This document shows, one piece after another, positions 11,400 to 25,600 of a stretch of DNA of 41,069 nucleotides. Source of the DNA: Sphacelaria rigidula (taxonomy: Eukaryota). The stretch's first letter is position 1, and each line of letters starts with the position of its first letter. The notes below the pieces were generated by a model that saw nothing but the letters and a program-made list of their open reading frames with translations, searched no databases and had not been told where the DNA came from. A program made the translations under genes and the position numbers. The DNA is taken from NCBI GenBank assembly GCA_964200075.2, contig CAXNAA020000008.1:1-41069 (forward strand), read 5' to 3'.

Positions 11400-14300
11400 G
11401 TTCGTACTGTATGTCCACGGATGAGTACATTCTCCATATACAGCGCAGGGGCAACACGTGGCCGAATTGCAGGTGAGGCAGTCGCCGAAATTTTCATCTG
11501 CAACCTCTGTTCCAGGGAGATGTAACTCGATATCGCTAGACGGACAATTCCATAACCACCTTACCGGCTGCCAGACTTCACAGACTGTCGGGACGTAGGA
11601 TCCACTCGCTTTGCTACTGTCTGTACGGGGGTGTTGCTTCTTTGCCAGGTACGCTTTGGAGCATGATACTCGATGTGGATCGTGGTTGTACATGGGCACA
11701 ATACGCTGAGGGTTCTTACTCCAGACTTCGATTTGGAGGATGATACTATTAGTAGGTGGGCAGCAGCGACTGCTGTTTGTCCAGGTCCCCTTAGAGCAGG
11801 ATGTGATAGGTGTCCCCTAGACAAAGTTATCCCCAGAAACGCGATATCGATGGAGATTTCAGAGTGGAAACAACTAGCAAAAGAACACCATCGCAAGAAT
11901 CCGCTCGCGAAAACTATCGCAAGAATCAGCTCGTAAGAATCCCGACACACAAAAGGAGTCGCAGGAAAGCAATCAGTCGAATTTTTACCTGCAGCAGACA
12001 CCAACTTCAAACGGTGAAATTGGAGTGCGAGTTTTTCGGATCAGGTGGCCGAGGGGTCAAGCATGCCGTACTTGTGTCGGACCGTGCGGGCCAATCAGGT
12101 CTTCGGGCGACCTGCCCCATCACGGCTAGGCGAAATCTGTCGACAAGAACCAAATGACCAGCGCGGGGATGGTTGTCCAGGGTTGGATCACTGCGAAGAT
12201 CATGTGGGGGCCTCATCCCTGGCCAAGATAAGCCTCACTAGGTTTTGAAGTACAGGGTGGTCGCAGCTTTGTTTCATGGTATTACTTGCACTCAGTATCG
12301 CTTTCCCGAATTTTTCCGTAGTGTCTCTCGAGTTGCAATTCCATACTGAGAAGTGATAATTCTTATCAATACAAGGTGGACCGGAAAAAAACGGGAATTA
12401 GTGTACATGATACGATGTGGTCATGTTCACGACGCACTAAACCCAGGTGGGGCAGGGAAAGACAAGTGAGCTACCGTCATGAATTCCGTGTATCCCTTCG
12501 CCTATGACTTGCATAGTGCAGTCAACATATACGTAGTGGTCGGGGGTGGACAGGTGATACGTGGGCAGTTGATCTCGGCAGCTGAGAATTGCCCAGAACG
12601 TGCAAGGGAGTATGCAACGGCAGCTGCTGCTGCAGTGGGAGAGGCGTACTGCACTCTTTTTGTATCGTGTTGTACTTCATGTATGCTCGCCGCATCACTG
12701 GTATACCTCTCAACGAGATTTTGCCGTATGCAACAAGGACGGAAATGGCGCCCCACCCCGAGCACAAACAGCTGTGCAGCAATAATATATCCCAAAGCCA
12801 CAAGTGGCGGGCGGCCCTCGCCGGTCGCCGTATCCTGTTGGAAACTCTCAACCGCGTTCCATACTGCTCGCTACATCACATGTACACTACCCAGCGCGAA
12901 TCATGCACCTGAAAATAGACTGGATGACTTTCCGTCTTCGTCATAACCCCGCTGCATACACGGATTTTAAGCACCACACCACTATATCCTTCGTCCAGAT
13001 GCCACACACATCATTCCCAACCAGCCTCGATTGCCAACTTTTAGACCCGGTCCCTAGAAGGTTAAGCTGGTGAACAGCAAACTGCGCAAGGACCTGATAC
13101 GGGCAGGTATGAGGAACCCTCAGTACGAATTTGTTTCGAACGCGCAATTTTCGGAAGTCGCGAGACAAAACTCCGCCCGGGTTGGAGGACTTGTGCCATA
13201 TAGTTGCAACCCATGTAGCCCTCTTGTTCATGTTCGTGGGGCGAGGAGCGAGCACATTTTATGCCATTTGCGTGGCAGTCTTTCGTCCCTGATCGCCGTG
13301 AAGATTGCGGTTGAGGCAACCGGCAACCGCACCGAAATGTGTCTGGCCCGCGTTCACTTACAAATTCAGTAATCGCAGTCGACAATGGTTCGGAACTTGC
13401 GAGCCTGGGTGCGAACATCTCCATGCAACCATCGCACTTTAATTAAACTGAGCACAAAAACCGAGTGCTCAATGATCACACCAGGATAAGGCAGTTAACG
13501 ATCACACCAGAGTCAGATAGTCTTCTTACTATCAAACTCGATCCAATACACAGACATGCGCCCGTCGACCAAGCCCCGAACCCTATTTTTCTTTCTACGA
13601 ACGTTGAGGGGTTATACTCTAAATAAACTTGATTCACCTCCATCGAAGTGGCGAAAAGGTTGCAACAAGAACGAACCAGCTTACACCTGGGCACGGACCA
13701 ACGTGACATCTGGCTGCACAGTATCACGGAATCCCCCTCAAATTCATCGGCGAGGACAAGTAGTGACATCGCCGACGTGCGAAGCCCACCCCGCGAAGGG
13801 CACAAGACAGATTGCAAGCTCAAGGAGGTACAATACAGGCAAGACCCCCTGCCGGAGACACGGAAGTGTCCCAGAAGCAAAGGGTCTAAACAACAGAATG
13901 ACACGGAAAGAACAAGAGGTGGCTGCTCTGCAGGGGCCCCAGAGTATTCGGAGATCTGCAATTCCCAGTCCACTCCCATCCTCGGAATTTGATCTTCACG
14001 TTGAGGACGACACAATTTTGAAAATACTCATACTTCAACGATGGACTTTAGTGAGAAACGGGTGGGAGTTTCCAGAGAGCGTACGCTACCGGCTCGAGTG
14101 GTAGACGCACCATGCTCGATGGCACCTACTCCGCCCCAAACCAGGTACCATGAAAAACTTCCGAGGCCGCCGTATATCTTGGCAAAATGACGGGCACCCC
14201 CGCGTTACCATGACGGAATGGTTCCCTGGGTTCGCATCATGCCATGGTACCCGATTTGACCGAGTCGCGGACGGTGTGGACGGAAGAATGACGTGAGTCA

Positions 14301-16450
14301 GTGAAACCGACGTCGTGCTCGATCGTCCCGAGATCAGCTTGTTGACACCGAAACGAAAACAAGTAGACCAATTAAAATACCCAGCTGGCGCTTAGAGCCA
14401 TGCCCGCGACAGTTGAGGGTGATCCGCGCAAATCAACCAAATTCCCCCCATGTGGAGGAAAAGCACAAGTGATGCAAACCTGTCAACACACCGGTTCCAG
14501 CCCGAACTCCAATTTGAGAACCTTTGAAAATATTGGTTCACCGGGCCACTTCACGCTGTACAAACCGTCGTACATGTTCACAAATACGACTTCAAGGCGT
14601 TGGGAGAAATAGTTACTTACAGGAGCGGTCACTCTGCCCAGCCGAACTGTCTCAGGGTAACTTGATGCCGTGGCAATGTCGCGACTACTGTCGGAACATG
14701 CACATGTTAGGCCTTGCATTTCATCTCGACGGCAACGTCACAAAACGTCACACATCCATCATCCCGGAACGTCGTGGACAAACCGCAACATGTGAACGCG
14801 TCAACTTTCACGACACTGTACGAGACAAAGTTAGTGCACGGCGGCAAACTGCACCGACATTTTCTCAACGATGTGACTTGCGCCCCACTACGCCGATTAC
14901 TGCTTCAAGAGTGACAGCAGAAAAACCGTTCGCTGTGCGCTCACGCCTTCAACGGTGTTTTTTTCGAGAACCGATTTGAAACAATCGAGTCCTCGATCGT
15001 AGTCCGGATCGGGTCGACGGCGGTTGCTTTTCAAGTGTGATCGAAAAACGGTTTGGAATGGATCCTAGCTCACCAGTGGTGTATCCTCGGTGCGTGTTAC
15101 CGCACACTTGAGGCCGACCAAAATGTTGCGCGTCGAACATCCATCTGCATTGAGGACCCTTGCGGGTGCACTTCGAAACGTCTTTAGGAGGTTTTGAACC
15201 GATCTGTCAATATTTCGAAGACTCTACATGATCTCACCGGTTGGACCGGTAACACAATTCATCGCTCGCAATCTGCACTATCGGATGGGTCGGACGTGAA
15301 CAGCCCATGAACTTCGCATCAACTTCCTCGAACCGGATGGCCCAAGAAGAAACATCGAGTGATAGTCTCTAACGCAGATACCCTTTACCGTATCATACAC
15401 ACGGATTCAGCATTAACGTACTCGAACCAGGTGGTCGAAAAAGACTTCTCGAGTGGTCGTATTAAACCACTATGGCTCGACCTGGTACAGGTCTCGAAAG
15501 ACACTTTTGAATCGGACGACAAAGATTAAGTTGTCGATTGACCTCCTTAGAAAGGGTTCAGAACCGTGTACGTGGTCAAGCCACGTGTAGCACTGGCTGT
15601 AGACCCTCTTCAAGTTGGAGGATCCCAGCCCGTCAACGAGTGATTTCCTCCCGTGAATTAATTTCTGCGGACCCCTGTCTGTTGAACGTTCTTCAGAGCG
15701 TTGCAAGAAAATCAGGTCTATTCTGCAATTCTCCGGACAATAACGTTTGGCCCATTACCTTCCTGCTCAGGTCTGGTTTAGGAACTGAGGTACCTCATCT
15801 GGTTTTTTCACGGCTATAGACGAAAACTTTCACCCAAAGGAATGGGGTTCGGAAAGTAGTTCACGGGAGAAAATGGCCTGTACACGAACTGATTGGTGAC
15901 ATGAAAAATGGAATTGCGTCAAAAGTCTTGGAAAGGACCCAACCAGCCGACACATCGGTTGGGACTTGCACAGGTGACATTGCGCAATGTTCCAACAAGG
16001 AATCAAGCGGTGACGACTTGTGCGGGATGAGGTCAGTTGTTCGACACGCCGTTGTGTGGCGCAGAGCGAGAGTCTTGCTCGATTTCATCTTATTTTCATC
16101 TTTCGCTGGCCGTAGTGGCTCGAGCGATATTCGATTTGAATCGAGGACCACGAAGTGTCTTCTCTACAAAAACACTGCCCTGACGCTGATTAAACCCAGG
16201 CATCCATCTGAGTCCCGCTCGATAGATCGTGCCATGACGACGGTGTTACGTCGTTGCAAGCCTGCCGACTCAAGCCGCTAGGTGTTTGTTACATCGTCGA
16301 TGAAAGAGACGCGGCTATGAAACTCCGCCACGATTATTTGTCGGGGACACGAAATAACCACAAGTTGTTATTATCCTTGGCTCAGGATACTCTTCTCCTT
16401 GATGACCGACCACTCGCCCTTCCCACTAGCGAAAGCGACTGAAACACGCG
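11400..16450. mobile_element. Unclassified decayed coding-like element (boundaries approximate)
   Basis: Contains the segment duplicated at 1-496. Long frames are broken by scattered stops and frameshifts. No exon pattern and no confidently recognised domain. Confidence 0.4.
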
Positions 16451-16509
16451 TGACGGGACAAATTATATTGCTAGGGGGGGGGAAGGTTAGCTTTGAATGA
16501 ACGGGGTGG

Positions 16510-16811
16510 ACAACGTGTCCGTAAATTCGAAGGTGGAGCGCTGATGGAGAGAATGGCTTTCATCACTCGCTTCAAGTTGACCATTTTTCATTCCGTGTCT
16601 GCTCTTCTCTGCTTTTATCACTTGCGTGAGCTCACAGCTGCACGTCGATATACTGCCCGGGAAAACTCAGCGCCTCAGTCGCAAAGCTACTACAGAAAGC
16701 ATACTGGGCCTTGTGGAGGGATATTTTGTAACTGAAACGATTTACTCGCTAATCGACCGCTTTTCACTCTCAATCGTATAATTTACTCCTAATTACACCG
16801 AAACAGTTGGT
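16510..16811. mobile_element. MITE family A copy 4
   Basis: Same core, more diverged TIRs. Confidence 0.75.
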
Positions 16812-17591
16812 AGTTAGCGGCGTGCGGCTAGGTCAAGTACCAACGAAAATCGTCGAACATTTCTATGCATGTGCGAGGATATGGGATTCGATCCAAAAAA
16901 GATTTTCACCAGCTTGTCACCGCAAAAACAACAGCCCCTCGACGAGCTGTGACGTACTTTCCATCAACTATTTTGGAGTAGAGGAGCCCCGACGGGCATG
17001 TCGTGATACCCAATCCAAACCCGAGGCCAATAATGTACGCTCAGCAGTTAGGGAGCAAAAGGACCCTGCGAGTATGGGGTCGGGATCCCATTCAAAAATT
17101 GAACGTTTTTTTTTCATTCAGAGATGAAAGCTTTGTGGCCCTTTCTCAGGAAATGAGTGGTGAGTAGTTTTAGGTCAAACACCCTAATCACGCAATTACC
17201 GCGCATCACGGTAAGGAGGTCTGAAGAAGTCGCAACTACTTCCCTCGACTTCACCCGTAACGTTTGCACAGGGTTCGAAAGAAAAAAGAGCACGTCGATA
17301 ACCACGTACACACGAACCCAAATCACGTATATGAACTCATCAACCTGTTCATCGATCACACGGGGAAAAAAACGCGCTACAGAACAGTATTATATTTATT
17401 ACGTGACAATTTGCGCATCAACCATAATCCGGCAAAGGAAAGTCACTTCGGCACCACGAAAACAAAAAAAAATACGCACACAGTTTCACACAGGCCAAAC
17501 ATGTACTTTTCATCTTCTTCACGTCCACATAGGCCTAATCGCCCCCGCGCCAGTAGAAATTGCGCCGAGGTTTTTCACCGCACAACCATTT

Positions 17592-18467
17592 TCACTGGCA
17601 TTCCCTCGTCGTTTTCGCCATTTTTCGTTCCTCGGTCGCCGCTGAATGCGCGTAGTTGGCTCTCATCGCTTTTTGAATGGCTTCCGAAAATGATTGTTCT
17701 TGGACGGCGATGACTGTCCCTTGAAAATTGAAGAGAAGCCATTATTTTTCCCACAGCAATCGGACCGCTTTGGGCGACAGGAAAAAACAACAGTCAACAC
17801 GATCCCCTCTAGATTTTTTTTCAACATCTTCCTCCGTCCACGGCATATTTCATGGCCGATTTGACAAGGACGAAAACGCACGAAACGTGACATGAGGGGA
17901 GGGAGGGGACCCAGAAACAGAAACACGCCTTCCAGCTCACGTTTTGGCTGGACGAAATAATTTCCGTCTTTAGGAACACGCACGTCCTTCCCACTCATCC
18001 ATTGCCTCACCCCTTCTCTCACGTCGATGCTCAGACGACCCACCAGCACTGCAGCTCCCGCCATGATGGCCCTGTCTCGTGGCGAAACTCGACGTGGGCG
18101 CCAGCAGGCGTCGTTGATTCATTGCGCTTCTCCGCGGGTGAATCCGCTTCGGTGAAAGATGGCGCAGCCGACGGCCACCCGCCGCGTCGAATGCTCCCGC
18201 GGCGGGTGAATTTCCAGCGCCGCTTATTGGGCGGATAGGGGAACAGGAAATTGGTCAGAAGGAGACATCTCGATCGGTTGTCAACGCATCGTCCATTCCA
18301 CACCAACTTTTCCATCCCGTCACCAATAACGAGGACGGAACCGACAACGTTTTCGTAGTTCCGCACAGTAGAGCCTTGTGGCGATTTCCGGCGCTTGCCA
18401 AACTTTCAGAGGCAGCATTGAACGGCGCCTTCCTCATCAGCTCCGTCGTCCGAGTTGCGAAACTCGT
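17592..18467 (-). other. Possible orphan spliced gene or pseudogene: three phase-compatible exon candidates
   Basis: 18467-18367, 18222-18011 and 17719-17592 join in one open frame with AG/GT-type boundaries. No start exon found and no recognised domain. Confidence 0.28.
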
Positions 18468-19476
18468 CTACATACTAATCCCGAGTACTCGCCGACCGAA
18501 GGGGACGGAAAACTTTCTCGATCATTTGCATCTCCAGAAAACCTTTTTGCAATCGAACCGTTGCACCATCCCATATGCATGAACTTTATAATTCCGTTAT
18601 ATATGTTGAACGTACCCAGAGGCAGCCTTTTCGTTTCTCCCGTTTTTTTACCACGTTTTCATATGCCCCTGATTTTTTCCAAAGATCAACGTACCCCAGT
18701 ATACGCAACAAAAACATGTAACGTTGACAGCTAGGATCAGGACGGGCATCATCTAGGTGCGATGTAAGAACCCGAAAGTGTACGTACGCCACATAACGAC
18801 CCACCTTCAGACAATATGAACATCCAGCAATTTTCACCTCAGCTGCCCTCCCCAACGGAAATTTCGAAGTCTCATGTGTTTAATTGACTACTACACTGAA
18901 ATCCCTCCCCTTCGAGGTACAGACCACATTTTACTATCAAGAACCATAGGGGCTTGACTATACGATGGAACAAACGAATTTTTGGGTGACCCGAAAAATT
19001 GGTTACACAGGAGCTCATGTAAACAACTACACGAGTGAAAACTAGACCCCCATGCCGTTCGAGTTCTCGGCAGTGATTTATACGCTGACGGAAGGCAGTG
19101 CAGGATGGTGGGCAGCACCCAAGAATGATGGAAGGGGTACACTGTTCTCTCGAATAAAAGCAACCAAGCACCCCGGAGTCGGAAGACGATCCATGAACAT
19201 GAATACATTTCGTTTTTGGGTGGCTGGCCATATATGACACTAATGCAAGATCCCTCGTAACCCCCCCCCTCCCTCTCCCCCCCTCCCCGCGTCCCGTTGG
19301 GTAACGCTTGACTCCACTCCCGACGGCGATGTGACACGCGGCCTCTTCTTCAGATTATCCCGCAAACTCCGCCACAAGTGACGGCAGACGTTACCCCATC
19401 CACGAAGCCCCACCAGCACCTGGCTCGCGAGCACTGGACACCCACAGCACACGCCCCCGGGCGAGGTTTTGTTCTA

Positions 19477-19687
19477 CTAATGACGCCACTGCTGCTGAGA
19501 CTGGTTACTGCCGCCGCCAGCGTGGTATGGCTGGGCACCAACAGGCTGGGCGCCATAAGGCTGCTGGTAGCCACCTTGTTGGTAGCCGCCCTGTTGGTAA
19601 CCACCCTGCTGGTAGCCACTCTGCTGGAAGCTGCCCTGGCCACTGCCCGAGTTATAGGCGTATGACTGCTGCTGCTGGTACCCGCGT
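19477..19687 (-). CDS. hnRNP-like gene exon 16 (Q/G/S/Y low-complexity tail, ends QQQWRH*)
   Basis: CAACAG| acceptor, [SG]GYQQ x4, TAG stop. Confidence 0.88.
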
Positions 19688-22600
19688 CTGTTGGAAAGTA
19701 AATTGGGAGGGTTACACGGGCGAGGGTGAATTGAGTCCGGTTCAATATATTGTGAACTCCCAGGTTCAGGATATACCTGATTCATGCAAAATATACAGGA
19801 AAACATTTACAACTTCCTTCGACATGATGGGAAAAAAGGGTCAGACTATGCGTCAACATGGTACAAAAACGGCGACCCCCAAGAGCAGAGGACATTGAGT
19901 GGAGAAGGTGCACCATTCACCGCCATTACTGAGGGAATATCGCAATCTCGGCGGACAAACGACGGTCACCAGCTACAGGTCGAAATACACGCGTCAAGTC
20001 ATCGATCACACTAGATTTGACCTCACTCAAAGTGATGGTCTCTATTAGTGAACCTCCTGCACCAAGTGACCTAGACACCCATGGCTCTGAACACGGATTC
20101 TCCCCCTGATCGCCCTAATTGCCACAAATCAGTCACCAGTACTCACCCTCCTCCGCCACCAGCCATGTAAGGCCCACCTCTGCCGCCGTTGCTCCAGCCA
20201 TTGCCGCCCCTGAAGCTCCCTCTGCATCGGCGGAGAACATTTCATGGAAGGGGATGAGTAAACGCCTGTTAAATGAAAATTGTTACAAACTACCGAATTC
20301 CTCAGTTTCGCGACTTTGGAATTTTCCGCTTCGACGAACGATGATTTCCGAGAAATGTTGGTGACCAGTTTCCCCGCTACAGGTAGACGGCACTCGACTG
20401 ACTGTCGCTTTTTTTCACGAGCCGATCAACAAAACTGCAACACGATTTTTGCTGCCACCCAGCGGTGCACTCGTGTGTGAGGGGCGGAGAGAGAAGTTAG
20501 TCGGGGTGAGGGTAACGAATCACATCCCAGAATGTTTTATGTTCACGGTACTTACTGTCCTCCACCGCCAGCCACGTAACGCCCTCCTCTGCCACCGTTA
20601 AACCCGCCATGGCCGAACCACTCCCTGCTTCAGCAGAATACCCAAAAAACAAGAGGAAGACGTCGCTGTTCACCAAATTTCACTGGATCACCGAATTTCA
20701 AACGACTCTCAACAAGATTCAAGCCAAGTCCAAAGTCACCACCGGCACTCATTCAAGAAAATAATTGAACGACTCGACACGCGGCAAAGATCCTTTAAGT
20801 CGATACGGACAAGCGAAGACGATCAGCACACACACACGAATCACACATACCGTCGCGCCTCACAGAAGTCGCTCATCGACAAATTACACCACAATTTCTC
20901 GCCGTTACACTCGGAGTCACAACAGGCCTACTAAAATTCACGTACAAACTTGCATGCTGAAAAAAATGTTTTTGGTACCAACGCCCCTCACCCGCCACCA
21001 CCTCCGGACATATACGGCCCACCACCCTGATTATACCCTCCACCGCCACCGCGTCCTTGATTGTATCCCCCTCCTCGCCCCCCTCCTCCACGGCCTCCAC
21101 CACGGCCCCCGGTGTGCCCACCACCGCCTTGGTTAAACCCGGAACTGCGGTTGCTGAAACTGCCAGTGCCACGACCCCCTCCCCCGTCACGGTTGTTGTA
21201 GCCGCGGCCGCCACCGCCTTGGTTGTTGCCGCGTCCGCCGCCTCCTCTGTCGTTGAACTTTCCGTTTTTGAGTTGATTTATGGCGTGCAGAAGATATGAT
21301 GTCAGGCACGGGACAAGAGCACATCAGAAAATATTGACGAAGATACTGCTCGCCACAGCATATATTCACCTGTCAAGCACTTCTCGCACAGAGCCGAACA
21401 TCGAGTCGACTAGAAATATGTCTGTCCTGAGTCACTCGGGACGATTTCACTGAAGTCAGGGACGACTTGAACTGGTCATCTTGTGCGATTTAATAGTCAA
21501 GAATGATTGCCGCAGAGGCCGTAAGGTTTGAGCATTCGAAAAAAAACGGCCACGTGGAATACCCTCAGATAACGTGTCGAAAACGGGAATCCCGGTGCAT
21601 GTCATCCAAAAAAGGCATGAGCTGGCCTTCAGAATAGATGGAACCACAACACAACACAACACACGCCATCATGACCGAGAAAAGGTACATACTCACATCC
21701 CTCTTCCGCTTAGCCCTCGCCATGGTGATCTCCAGATCCCTGCGACCAAAGAGATTCAGGAGCAGCAGCAGCAACAACAAGTTCCCATCAGCACACCGGT
21801 CGAGACGTTCGGAAGACACTCTCAAAAGGCTCAATAATTCCGCCGATCAGTTTATTTCGGGCTCGAACACGCTCCGGTTATTCGACATTTTTGGTATTTC
21901 ACAAGCTGGATATTTTTTATTTCACGTCGGTCTCTGGTTCTCTGTCTACAGCACTCTTTAACTGCATTCAAATTTTCCTCTAAATGAGGGGACTTACTTT
22001 CCCATGAAGCTGGTTCCATGCATCTCCGCGATGCACTTCTTCGCGGATTCGCGGTCGGTGTAGTTCACGATGGCGAAGTCGTTGCGACGGGCGTGCGGGA
22101 TGAGCTTGCCGTACACAATCTGTCAACAAAATAGCGCGGGCGCGACACAGTGACAACGAAGGAGTAAGGTCATGCTGTTTTCGACACCGCCGCTCGAGCA
22201 CCCGTGAAAGCATGGTGATGTCATTGTTGGTTTCATTACTCTTTCATTCTCCATTCTCCAAAAAAGCAAAAATAACGAAAAACCCTTACCAACCCACGTA
22301 TAAAATATCCCACAGGTCAGGTCCATGTCCTTTCATATGCGTATATATTGGAGACATGCATCCTTTTCCTTCTTCCAACCTCGTCGGCCATACCTTCTCA
22401 ATGGTACCATGCTGCTCGAAGTGAGCCTTGAATACAGCTTCCTCGACCTCTTCGGAAACGTTGAGAACGTACACACCACGGTCATCGTCTTGCTTGTTCC
22501 CTCGTGTTTCGGCCCAGTCGATCAGTACTTGATTGTCCTGTTCATGTCCAAACATGGCGCGAAATGACACAAGCTATTACACAAGAACTAGAATCAGTAC

Positions 22601-25600
22601 TCAGGTGTTCGAGATAAAAAGTAAGACGGAACCAACTATGTGTTTCGGTATACACAGTGATTCACGCCCTGGTGAATGTGATGGAAATATCGACAAACAC
22701 TCGTTGGCACGTCTCCAACTCGATACCCCAACGCGCCCTCACCAGGATCTTGAGCTTGTCCTTAAAGTACTTCGAGTGCGCTGCCTTACAGGCTTCCTCC
22801 GTCTCGAACGTGGCGAAGCCGAAGCCGCGGTTTTGCGACTTGTTGATGCCGTCCATTGTCAGCTCGAAGTTCACGATACCTTCGACCGTCTCCATGAAAG
22901 CTTTGAGAACGGCTTCCTGTTCACATCGTAAAATAATACGAGGAAAATCAACTACGGAACGGTCTTTGAGATCAAATCAAGCAACAACTCAATCGCGAGA
23001 GTCGTCATGCGGCAACTCTCAGTGGGCAAATGGCATCACAAACGACACTATTTTTTTCCATCTCCATGCATTTTGCCCGGGTTCAAGTTTGCATCTACTC
23101 GTGAGACGTTAGAACAGCATTTTTTTTACCCAACAGTTCGTAAGGTTCCGAGTATTTGGAACATGCTGAACATATCAACCTTGTAAACATACGAAATATG
23201 TACAATCTATTTTCCTCTAGGCTGGGTTCTCGGGGAACAAATCCACTTTCAAATAACGCACACGCGCAGACACTAAAATACCTCAAGACTAACGCAGACC
23301 TGTGTCCGACGTGGAAATACACGGAATCATCAACAAACCATTCGAGACACGGAACACAAACACACGGCATTCTTCTCAGTCAACATGGTCATGCCTCACC
23401 TTGCCCCACGTCTTGTTGAGATTCCCGATGAATAGCGTGTTATTGTTGCTGCTCGGGCGAGCGGACAGCTCCTTCTCGTCGATCTAGTGGCAATGGATGC
23501 CAACACAAACAGGAGCATCGACGAGACATTCGGCACAAAAAGTGAATGACGCAATATCGGATAAATATCCCCAACATTCACGTTTCCTTGCGTTCAAGTC
23601 GTCGCAAAATATCCCGTCACATACATGCTACGCATAAGAAACCGTTTTGAAGAATATCGGGATCATGATGACACTCGACTACAAAGTCCACTCATTTTCC
23701 ATAAGTTTTCACACGCCATGACGGCGGCGTTGTTGCCCTCACTTCGAGTCCTGATACTCCTTTGGGCAAATTATCGTCACAACAATGGACGGTCAATCAA
23801 CTGATACAGTCGACTACTGCTAGTCGACCCTCAGACGTGGACTGTGCACGACACGCAGATTCCTGAGCACAGTGACCCCTCCCTTGAGGTCATGCGGCCG
23901 ATCACCCTCAAAACACCACGAGTGGAAGACGTAACCCGCAAAACATGTACCTTCTTGGAAGACATTTCTTCGACGGCCTTCTTGGCCACGTCGCGGTCGA
24001 GGTAGCGTATCAAAGCGAGCCCCTTGCACTTGGGAGGGTCGTCAGCCGTCCTCATCACTCGCATAGCTCCAACCTGCCGGAATAATGCGAAAAAAGAAGA
24101 GGTCGTGTTCACGCCTCACCATCAACAATTGCGATTGAGTGCTGCTGGCACATATTCGTTCGACACATCCAGGTTGTCTCCTGGCTCGGGGTTCGATATA
24201 AAAAAATCTACGAAGATTCCTTATCGATCGTTGTACAATTCAGCAAGAAGTGGGGCCTCGTCGCATGTTTCATCATTCCGTTTGCTGGCAAATGACTTTG
24301 CGATAGTAGTGCCGAACGGTATTCGATTACGCGACGTTCAGGATTTGATGGTTGTGTCACGAAACCCCAACACAACCTCATGGTCAGTCGCCGCCCGGAA
24401 AGGCACCCGGGCCGTCAGCACAACAGGTTACAAGCAAAACAACAGCGAGATTTTCACACCGAGGAAAAATGATTCAGATTCGAGATTCTTCAGGTTGCCT
24501 ACTTCCTGATAACACGCTGGGAAAAGTGAGAGCTGCCGAAGTTCATCTCGCAAAAAAATCGCGAAGAGAATTTTCGCATGTTTTGCTGCGGGAAAAAAAA
24601 GTCGGAATGAGGAATCCTCGTTTTTACCAGGGGGAAGCGCAGAGAAGATGTTCGGCCACGTAGCCCCCCCCCCTTCCCCCCCACCCTCCTACGCTGTTCC
24701 AGGGAGGGCATTTCTTCATTGATGTCATTATTTTTTTCTTCCGTCAACGTTGTTGCAAGAAATTGGAAAATCAAGACCGTGTCGATTTTTTTTTTACTTC
24801 TTTGCAAGAAATTGATCGGTGGACTTTGCAGGGATTATATATTTGCTTCTGCTACTTGCCCCCTCTGTCCCGATGACCTCAGGTCTCCATTCAAAGAATC
24901 TTCACGGCAGGTGACCGCATCCGGCAACTATGACAATAAACCAAGGGACAGACGGCTGGGTGTCCCTCCTCCCCCCCTCAAAGGAGTCAAATTTCCGTTT
25001 CAAGGTTACTTTTTATATTTCAAAAATTTAACTTTTTGAAAAGTGCATTTTTAGCCCTTCTCCGTCGTTCTTCATCCCCCGAAAAGACGTCTAGGCGGCT
25101 GTTGAGACCTTGAGATAACTTGCTTCACTCGCTGGGAGATTCCAGAGCACCTTTGCGTTTCCCGTTGGTCGCGGTTTCGTTTTGGCCACACTTGCATTTT
25201 CTATAGCAAACGGTCAAGTTACCAAAAAACTGTCACTTTTCCCCCTGTTTTTAGATAACTTGACCTTTCGTTATTAAAAATGCAAGTTCGCAAGGAACGA
25301 AACCGCGCGGTTTCGTTTTGGCCACACTTGCATTTTCTATAACAAACGGTCACGTTACCAAAAAACTGTCACTTTTCCCCCTGTTTTTAGATAACTTGAC
25401 CTTTCGTTATTAAAAATGCAAGTTCGCAAGGAACGAAACCGCGACCTACGGGAAACACGAAGGTGCTCTGGAACCGTCTCAGCGAGTAGAACAAGTCATC
25501 CCAAGGTGTCAACGATCGCCTAGCCCTCTTTTCAGGGGGGAAACGACTGAAAAGGGCCAAAAATGCACTTTTGAACAAGTTTATTTTCGATACAGAAGTA

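Noticed and set aside
13070-13420. Gypsy RT-like GLVPYSCNPCSPLVHV and integrase-like VDNGSEL motifs
   Set aside because: Spacing is wrong, there is no downstream YxDD or RNase H motif and no LTR/PBS was found; compatible with chance
13449-13471. 7-bp hairpin as a Helitron 3' end or terminator
   Set aside because: No CTRR terminus at the expected distance on either strand
14500-14820. Integrase-like TKRHTS..ERVN (+) and chromodomain-like YSVKWPG (-)
   Set aside because: Opposite strands, short, and lacking flanking conserved residues
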